A program made the translations under genes and the position numbers. Of a stretch of 64,000 bases of DNA, positions 26,573-33,082 are shown in pieces. The DNA is from Ignavibacteriota bacterium (GTDB lineage: Bacteria; Bacteroidota; Ignavibacteria; UBA10030; UBA6906), in NCBI GenBank assembly GCA_963752915.1, contig CAVVZZ010000013.1, positions 24,954 through 88,953 on the forward strand, given 5' to 3'. How positions within the stretch are numbered: position 1 is the stretch's first letter; the number at the start of each line of letters is the position of its first letter. The notes under the pieces were generated by a model. The model searched no databases, was not told where the DNA came from, and worked only from the letters and a program-made list of their open reading frames with translations.

Positions 26573-28113
26573 GAACGACTCTCCGCCTTTCCCGCCTGAT
26601 CGTCGCTGCAGTTCTTGTTCTCCTGCCGCGATCTGCACCTTCCCAATCGTTCGACTGGGTCTTCTCTCAAATCAAAGACAAGATCGTTCTTGACCCGTCG
26701 TATACCCATCTCTGGAGCACAGATACCCTGCAGAAGTCCGGCGCCCGAATCGCCCCGGGCGGGGTCTTGAAGCGTACGGACGCCAGCGACTTTGTGTTCC
26801 AGAAAAGCCACACGAATCCCCAGGGGACGATTTCGTACGACTACACATACACGCTTATCTATCTGGCAGAAAAATACCGTGCTGCGTTTCGGCCTCTCTT
26901 GATCAGGCAGACCGAAGAGGTGAGCCAGGTCGTCCGGACCCGGTACGGCTCCGGGGATTCCACAGTGAGCAATGACGTCTACGTGAGTTATTACGGTCCG
27001 GAGGACTTCCATGCCTTGAACAGATCGGATCCGGCAACGTACGGAAAGATTCTTCAGTTGATTGCCTCGAAGCCGGGGTACCCCCTCTGGGACCGTCAAA
27101 TCCACAAATCCAATGATTCAAAAGTTTCGACCGGGAACAATGACTACCGGTGGTATGCGGAAGTGAACAGCGGCTATCCTTTCGGGCCTCCTCCGCGAGA
27201 GCAGATCTCTCTTGACATCTCCCCCTACCAGGTGAATTTCTCCGACGCACTCTTCAGTGAAAAGGAGTCATTCGGGGTCAAAGGGTTCGGCCTTGAGGCC
27301 GGTTTTGGGAACAGAGTCCTCAACATGCTTGCCTTTCAGTCCCCGATAATTTCCTGGGGAGGACGGCTCCTTGTGTTCTTTCAGGGGGATTGGAGCAACC
27401 TTGACAGCGCCGGGTTCCTCGATATGCACATCCTCGGCAGGTCCAGGGTGAACACGGAAAAGTTCATCGTGAATTCGAGACTCTACACTGCGGATCCCGT
27501 ATTCTCTCTCGATCCGCCACGGATGAATGTCCAACCAGGGTTCGCGATGGAGATGGCGATCGGAACACGATTCTTCGACGGCCGACTTCCGTTTCTCACC
27601 TTCTTTTTTGGGGGAGGATCCAGGGATTTCTCGAATCCGATGATCACATACGACCGCGGCCTCGAACAGCGGGCGTATTTCAGCACGACGCAATTCGAGG
27701 GCTACCTGAGCTATTTCTGGAGGATGGATCAACGCGGGTACAACAGGATGCGGCTCGATCTTGGAGTCGGTTCTCATGACGTCTGGGACGTCGCATATGA
27801 CTCGCTCCACCGTGTGGTCGGATCGACGGAGACCATGGGCACGAAGAACTTCCAGGTGCTCCTGGGTTTGGACTATTCGCACAACTCCAGCGAAGAGCCG
27901 ACAAGGGACCAGCCCCTGACGGCCTTCGGGGCGCGCCTCAGGTTCTTTGAGAATCGTCTCACGGTGAACCCGTGGATCAAGGTGTTCAGAAGCGGGAGCC
28001 ACGAGGTTCGGCTTGAGTTCTCCGCGATCACCGCGCCCCTCGGACGATCGCTCTATCCCTGGGAGGCGGAGAAGGGGAGCATGATGATCTTACGATATCG
28101 CTACGGGCTGTGA
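26569..28113 (+). CDS. Hypothetical secreted protein, probable outer-membrane beta-barrel in the C-terminal half
   Basis: ATGA overlap with the upstream stop. Signal peptide MRTTLRLSRLIVAAVLVLLPRSAPSQS. Alternating-hydrophobicity strands in the C-terminal ~280 aa. Ends ...MMILRYRYGL. Confidence 0.5.
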   Translation: MRTTLRLSRLIVAAVLVLLPRSAPSQSFDWVFSQIKDKIVLDPSYTHLWSTDTLQKSGARIAPGGVLKRTDASDFVFQKSHTNPQGTISYDYTYTLIYLAEKYRAAFRPLLIRQTEEVSQVVRTRYGSGDSTVSNDVYVSYYGPEDFHALNRSDPATYGKILQLIASKPGYPLWDRQIHKSNDSKVSTGNNDYRWYAEVNSGYPFGPPPREQISLDISPYQVNFSDALFSEKESFGVKGFGLEAGFGNRVLNMLAFQSPIISWGGRLLVFFQGDWSNLDSAGFLDMHILGRSRVNTEKFIVNSRLYTADPVFSLDPPRMNVQPGFAMEMAIGTRFFDGRLPFLTFFFGGGSRDFSNPMITYDRGLEQRAYFSTTQFEGYLSYFWRMDQRGYNRMRLDLGVGSHDVWDVAYDSLHRVVGSTETMGTKNFQVLLGLDYSHNSSEEPTRDQPLTAFGARLRFFENRLTVNPWIKVFRSGSHEVRLEFSAITAPLGRSLYPWEAEKGSMMILRYRYGL

Positions 28114-28119
28114 TGAGAA

Positions 28120-28159
28120 GGGGAGACTGGGGGACGTTGAGACTGTGAGACTCTGGGAT
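28120..28159. repeat. Octamer tandem repeat array (GAGAC core, reverse orientation of the GTCTC family)
   Basis: GGGGAGAC TGGGGGAC GTTGAGAC TGTGAGAC TCTGGGAT, starting 7 nt after the stop at 28111-28113. Confidence 0.75.
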
Positions 28160-28192
28160 AATGAAGCGTATAACCAAGCCCGGTCTCTGACG

Positions 28193-28220
28193 CCTGAAGC
28201 CTGAACCCCGAAGCCTGAAA
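28193..28220. repeat. Heptamer tandem repeat
   Basis: CCTGAAG CCTGAAC CCCGAAG CCTGAAA. Confidence 0.75.
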
Positions 28221-28254
28221 TGGACAACATTCGACAAACAATCTCGGCAGCGCA

Positions 28255-29607
28255 ATGAAGACTCCATTGATGATTCTCCTCCTTCTGGCCGGACTGATCC
28301 CGACGTCAGCCGTTGCGCAACGGCCCGACACGCTCACCCTCGATGACTATGTGTCGATCTACAACAGTCTGGAAAAGAAGACGGACATGTTTGTCAAGGA
28401 ACACTGGACCATCCGGGACCAGGGGTTGATCAGCGAGGTCCTTTTCGAGCTGGTAAATTTCCAGGGGGAGGGGGACAAGGAACTGAACCGTGTTCGACAG
28501 GAGAGCGCCGCCTTTGTCAAGAAAAACGGGGACGGTCTCCTTCGGATCGAGTGCCGAAAGCGCTCGCACGACAATGAAATCGAACGGATGGATTTCTATG
28601 AAATGGGAAACGACGCCCAGCCCATTGCGTCTCTTTCAGACTATGCCTACATCAGATCGCTTCTTGGTTCGGCAACCTATGCGAAGGTGCGGAGCAATCC
28701 GACCACGCACTTTGACTCGCATCAGGGAGAGTCATGCGACCTCTACTTCCACGCGACAAACCCGGAAATGATGCTCTGGTCGACCATGCCCGACAGCTCT
28801 CGCGCGTACAGACTCTCCGCATTCGGCAGGATGGGGGACGATTATCTGGACCTGCCGTTCTGGTTTCAGGGGACCGTCGTTGCAGGTATGCGACTGGGGT
28901 ATATCGACAACATGTCGATCCTCGAGCTTGACCGAGATTACTCGCTCTATAGTCTCTCGGTTGGCGCGGAAATACCAGCCAACTTTTCCGTGATCGGATG
29001 GGAGAACCAGCCGGCGAATTCCCCGTTCAAACAACGGAAGGTTGAAGGGTCGGGAACGGGATTTTATTTGAAGGCGACGTTTACTCCGTGGTCAAAACTG
29101 AATCTCGTAACACAGGAATATCAGGAACACCTGCAATTTGTGGTGGAGGGCTCGGTGGCGCTTCAGGAGAAGAAGTTGTATGCCGCGAGCATCCCCGACA
29201 CGTTCTACAGCGTTCGCAATTACCTCACCCTTGCCGCCTATCTGAAGCATGTGGGGCTGTTTAATTTCGGCGCGGGAATCACGTGGCACGATATTCATCA
29301 GGTGCTTCATTTCACTCCCGAGGGGGAACCGCTCCGTCGGGTCGGCCCGACGACGAACAATCTTCTTCCGTTTCTCGAAGTGGGGATATCGCAGGATGGG
29401 AGCCTCCTCCAGTACGGGATCACGACCCAGGTGAACTACAGTCCGACGGAAAACTACGGCTACTTCGTGGTCCGCACGATTTTGATGCTGGGCAACACGG
29501 TGGGGTTTGATCTGCGGTATTTCAAGGCAATCCGGTCCGATGGTCTCCCTCCCTGGCAGTACGATAATTACATTGCGATCTCTCCCGTGATACGGATCAA
29601 CTTCTGA
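28255..29607 (+). CDS. Hypothetical outer-membrane beta-barrel protein with N-terminal soluble domain
   Basis: Signal peptide MKTPLMILLLLAGLIPTSAVAQ. Amphipathic strands in the C-terminal ~280 aa. Classic OMP terminus ...IAISPVIRINF. Confidence 0.6.
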   Translation: MKTPLMILLLLAGLIPTSAVAQRPDTLTLDDYVSIYNSLEKKTDMFVKEHWTIRDQGLISEVLFELVNFQGEGDKELNRVRQESAAFVKKNGDGLLRIECRKRSHDNEIERMDFYEMGNDAQPIASLSDYAYIRSLLGSATYAKVRSNPTTHFDSHQGESCDLYFHATNPEMMLWSTMPDSSRAYRLSAFGRMGDDYLDLPFWFQGTVVAGMRLGYIDNMSILELDRDYSLYSLSVGAEIPANFSVIGWENQPANSPFKQRKVEGSGTGFYLKATFTPWSKLNLVTQEYQEHLQFVVEGSVALQEKKLYAASIPDTFYSVRNYLTLAAYLKHVGLFNFGAGITWHDIHQVLHFTPEGEPLRRVGPTTNNLLPFLEVGISQDGSLLQYGITTQVNYSPTENYGYFVVRTILMLGNTVGFDLRYFKAIRSDGLPPWQYDNYIAISPVIRINF

Positions 29608-29682
29608 GAAGAAGGAAAGAGGATAATCTCGTGGGGGGGTAACCGTTTCGCAGGACGGAACGGCGGCAGTGCAGGGATGGGG

Positions 29683-30258
29683 TCAGCGGCGATTCTTCTC
29701 CCGACACTCCGGGCAAATTCCATGCGTGATGCTGACATCGGCATGTGAGCGGATGTATTCCTCCATCTGATGCCACTGACCGTTCTCATCCCGGATCCGT
29801 TTACACCACGCGCAGATCGGCAACAATCCACTCAAACGCTTCACTTCTGCAATGACATCTTCCAGCCGGTGGTTCAAGTTTTTCTGAATGACGAGATGTA
29901 CGTGGAGCGACCCGACAAGGCCCGCGAAGCTGAGAAACAGGCCCACCTCCACCAGGAGATTCCAGCCCTCAACCCATTTGCTCGCACCGGTTCCCGTGTA
30001 CTCTGTCGTCCCCCAAACGACGGCACTGATAATTCCGGCGACGTATCCCCACGGGTTATTGAACCGCCATGTGATGAGAAAGATTGGGATGAGGTAGAAG
30101 AGGAGGAAAGCGACTTCGGTCGGCGCGATGCGGTCGACGAAACCGATGAGTGCAAGAAGCGTGGCCGAGAGCGCAATCGTTGCGAAGGCTGATTGGCGTT
30201 CCACCCACTCTTCGATTGTGACGATCATCACATTCACTTTGGAGAGGAAAGACTTCAT
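29683..30258 (-). CDS. Membrane sensor-like protein (about 4 TM helices) with C-terminal CxxC...CxxC domain
   Basis: ORF 29683..30312. The start is uncertain (ATG at 30258 chosen; the TTG at 30312 and ATG at 30228 are alternatives). C-terminus LLPICAWCKRIRDENGQWHQMEEYIRSHADVSITHGICPECREKNRR. Confidence 0.55.
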   Translation of the reverse strand: MKSFLSKVNVMIVTIEEWVERQSAFATIALSATLLALIGFVDRIAPTEVAFLLFYLIPIFLITWRFNNPWGYVAGIISAVVWGTTEYTGTGASKWVEGWNLLVEVGLFLSFAGLVGSLHVHLVIQKNLNHRLEDVIAEVKRLSGLLPICAWCKRIRDENGQWHQMEEYIRSHADVSITHGICPECREKNRR

Positions 30259-30352
30259 CAATATACAAGGCCGCTCTCCTCTCTCCAAATCGAAAACCGC
30301 CGATCGTTGCAAATTCCGGGGAAAATTGGTATCATTTGTACTGCCGTAAATT

Positions 30353-30426
30353 GCGCCTGTAGCTCAATTGGATAGAGTGCCTGACTACGGATCAGACGGT
30401 TGGGGGTTCGAGTCCCTCCAGGCGCA
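30353..30426 (+). tRNA. tRNA-Arg (anticodon ACG)
   Basis: GCGCCTG TA GCTC AATTGGATA GAGT G CCTGA CTACGGA TCAGA CGGTT GGGGG TTCGAGT CCCTC CAGGCGC A. 74 nt, with one C-A mismatch at the top of the anticodon stem. Confidence 0.85.
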
Positions 30427-30460
30427 CAACGGACCGATTGACAATAGTCTATGGTCAATG

Positions 30461-30495
30461 GACTATCGTCAATCGCGACGGCCGGGCTTTGAACA
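30461..30495 (+). repeat. 35-bp direct repeat, copy 1
   Basis: gactatcgtcaatcgcgacggccgggctttgaaca. Matches 30700..30734 at 30 of 35 positions. Confidence 0.7.
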
Positions 30496-30496
30496 G

Positions 30497-30514
30497 GAGT
30501 CCCTCCAGGCGCAC
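30497..30514 (+). repeat. Duplicate of the 3' end of tRNA-Arg(ACG)
   Basis: gagtccctccaggcgcac is identical to 30410..30427 (the T-arm/acceptor 3' half of the tRNA plus one flanking base). Confidence 0.8.
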
Positions 30515-30598
30515 GAAGATTGAAAATCGAAGATTGAAGATCGAGGATTGGTAATGAATCAACAATCCTCGATCCTCAATCCTCCATCTTCAATTAGT
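30515..30598. repeat. Twelve-unit heptamer array with dyad symmetry
   Basis: GAAGATT GAAAATC GAAGATT GAAGATC GAGGATT GGTAATG AATCAAC AATCCTC GATCCTC AATCCTC CATCTTC AATTAGT. The right half is the approximate reverse complement of the left half. Confidence 0.8.
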
Positions 30599-30699
30599 CC
30601 CAGCCTTCGATCTTCTCTGATTCACACCGCTCTCCGGCCGCTTTGCGGCGGCGGAGTCCGTTCGACTACTGGATGTTCCCGATCGGATCGAGTGCATCT

Positions 30700-30734
30700 G
30701 ACTATCGTCAATCGCTGCAGCCGGGCTCTGAACA
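30700..30734 (+). repeat. 35-bp direct repeat, copy 2
   Basis: gactatcgtcaatcgctgcagccgggctctgaaca. Confidence 0.7.
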
Positions 30735-30813
30735 TTTCCGGCCGACGCAACTGGGATCTTCCAAGAACTAACCAGATGAGTCGGTCTTCGAGGTTGATGT
30801 CGTCCCTGCTCCT

Positions 30814-32227
30814 CTATTTGTTCTCCGGATCCTTCTTCGTGTCTGCATCCGTTTCCTCATCATCTCCCGCCTTGCGATACTTGTTCACGAGGTCTTCGAC
30901 CCTTTTTAAGAAAATAAGAACGAGTCGTATCAAGCCCTTGTCTTTCGGCCGATAGGTGGTTTGTACGTTTTCGAGTTCCTGGCCTATCTCAACCTGAAGC
31001 GACGGGGATTTTGAGATGGAAAGGATTTGCGACGGGTACACGCTCCGGTGCCCGGTCATCAGGAAACTAATGACACAGGCGACGGTCGCATATGGCGCTA
31101 TCTGGGGCCCGAACAATTCCACTGACATGATACTGGCCGCAATCGGCGTATTGGCGGCGCCCGCGAGTACGGCCACCAACCCAATCGCTGCAAAAGTTGC
31201 GGCGTTCAACCCCGTGACATTTGCAAAGAGTGACCCTGCCGTCGTCCCGATGAAGAAGATCGGCGTGACGATGCCACCGCTTCCGCCGAAACTCAACGTG
31301 ATACCGGTAAATACCGGTTTGAGCAGAAACGCGTACCATTCCACATGCTCGCCACGGAGGCACGATTCGATCGTCGTGAGGCCCAGTCCCAGGTAATTGG
31401 CCGAGAACAGCAAGGAGAGTCCCACCAAAACGCTGCCGCCGACGACGCCTTTCAGGGGGGGCCACATCTTCAATCGCGCGGATATTCGATCGCCGAACTT
31501 GAGCATCTCGACAAGGATGATGGAACAAATTCCAAAGAAGATTCCCGACGCCATGACTTTCAGGAGAAATCCCTCGGAGAATACCGGCACCAGGCTGACC
31601 GGTTCATGAAAATACGTCGCCCCAAGGGACGAGGAGATTTGATACGCCGTTATTCCGGCAATGAATGAAGGCAGCAGGACGTCATACAGGATGGCGCCGA
31701 TAAACAGAACCTCAACGCCGAAAATTGAACCGGCGATCGGCGTACCGAAGACCGCGGCGAACCCCGCACTGATCCCGCAAATCACCAGCTTCTTCCGGTC
31801 GTGCTCGTCAAAACGAAGGAGGTCACTCATGAGCTAACGTCAGTCCTGCACCGATCTGAGCACAGGGCCCCTCTTTCCCCGCTGAGCCTCCCAGTGCCAG
31901 GGTGATAATGGTTGCGACCAGTTTTACCGGGACGACGAGGATCGGAATCTTCCCTGCGCGTTTGTGAATTGCCTCGATGACCTTTTCTGTCCCGTGTCCC
32001 TCGGCTTCCGGTGCCAGATACCTTATCAGCAGCGCGCTAACGAAGAGCCCAACGGGAAGCATCACGTACCAATTCGAAAACTGATGGGAGTAGCTCGTTG
32101 ACCACATCAGAATATTCAGGAAGATCGCTGTGGCCCCGCCCACGACAAACCCGGCGACGGAAGCGAGAAACACCCACTTGATGATGCTGAGAAAAAGAAC
32201 TGTCGGCTCTGTGATGCGTCTTCGCAT
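30814..32227 (-). pseudogene. ClC-family voltage-gated chloride channel/antiporter split by a frameshift near 31823-31835
   Basis: ORF 31823..32227 carries GGSAGKEGPCAQIGAG (the GxEGP motif). ORF 30814..31830 continues with DEHDRKKLVICGISAGFAAVFGTPIAGSIFGVEVL and GGSGGIVTPIFFIG (GxFxP-type motif). The two ORFs overlap by 8 nt in different frames. Confidence 0.7.
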
Positions 32228-32254
32228 ATGGTTCCTTTGTTGAATACGTCGCGG

Positions 32255-33082
32255 TCAGAGGTCCCTGTGTTGCGCGTCCGGTGGAATTGGGAAAGCTGCA
32301 ATGGTCGCGAGAAATCGAGCGACCTCTGCCGTGTTCCGAAGTCGCAGAGTTGCCGCCGTGGTTTTCCGTCGCCCGACGACGATTGCCATGGCCGTGCGGG
32401 GAAGGATTCTGAAGGCATCCTCGTCGGTCTGATCGTCCCCGATGTAAACCGTCAGTACGGAGTGCGCAGGACCGAGCCTATTGAGAACCTGTGAAACGGC
32501 ACGGCCCTTGTCCCATTCGACGTTTGGTCGTACCTCGATCACTTTCTTCCCCCTCGTCGTTTTCAACTGCTGCCTGTACGGGCTGACAATGCGGCGAACG
32601 GCCATCGCGATGCGACGGTGAGCTTTGCGGGGAGCGTTTCGAAAATGGACCGAAATGGTGTAGCCCTTGTTTTCCAGAAGCGTTCCACGTATTGATCCCA
32701 GCGAAGGCGTCAGCCGCCGAGTCACCGCACGCATCAAGGGCAAGGCCGCTATCGCTGCAGGATGCACCCAACGATGTCGTCCCGCCGAAATACGGAAACC
32801 GTGATTCGAAATAAAAACGGGGCCACGAAGTCCGACCTTCTCCGAGATGTCGGAATGCGACCTTCCCGTCGCAATGGCCAAGGTCAGACCCGGACGTAGG
32901 AGGAGCGTTCGGAGCAGTGTCTTTACCTGCGGAGGCAGGAGTGCCCTCGACGGCGATTTCTGGATCGGCGCCAGCGTACCATCGAAATCAAGAAAAAGGG
33001 CAATGCCTTTGCTGCGCTGGAGCTTCCTCGCCACGGAGCGGTTAAGGACGCCACGGCTGGAGAACACGTCGGGAGGGGTCAT
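32255..33082 (-). CDS. otsB: Trehalose-6-phosphate phosphatase
   Basis: HAD motifs LFLDFDGTLAPI and YIGDDQTDEDAF. ATGA overlap with the upstream otsA. Confidence 0.85.
   Translation of the reverse strand: MTPPDVFSSRGVLNRSVARKLQRSKGIALFLDFDGTLAPIQKSPSRALLPPQVKTLLRTLLLRPGLTLAIATGRSHSDISEKVGLRGPVFISNHGFRISAGRHRWVHPAAIAALPLMRAVTRRLTPSLGSIRGTLLENKGYTISVHFRNAPRKAHRRIAMAVRRIVSPYRQQLKTTRGKKVIEVRPNVEWDKGRAVSQVLNRLGPAHSVLTVYIGDDQTDEDAFRILPRTAMAIVVGRRKTTAATLRLRNTAEVARFLATIAAFPIPPDAQHRDL

Noticed and set aside
25865-28002. Long minus-strand ORFs 25865..26638, 26506..27105 and 27268..28002 opposite the envelope-module genes
   Set aside because: The plus-strand genes have signal peptides, coupled start/stop junctions and an OMP-type terminus. 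The minus ORFs are Arg/Pro-rich with no features.
30353-30734. Integrated genomic island or prophage at tRNA-Arg(ACG)
   Set aside because: The duplicated tRNA 3' ends are only 69 bp apart. No integrase, excisionase or phage genes occur on either side within the window.
30548-30955. 135-aa ORF starting with TTG inside the heptamer dyad array
   Set aside because: Its N-terminus (NQQSSILNPPSSIS) is repeat read-through and its 3' end overlaps the ClC gene antisense.
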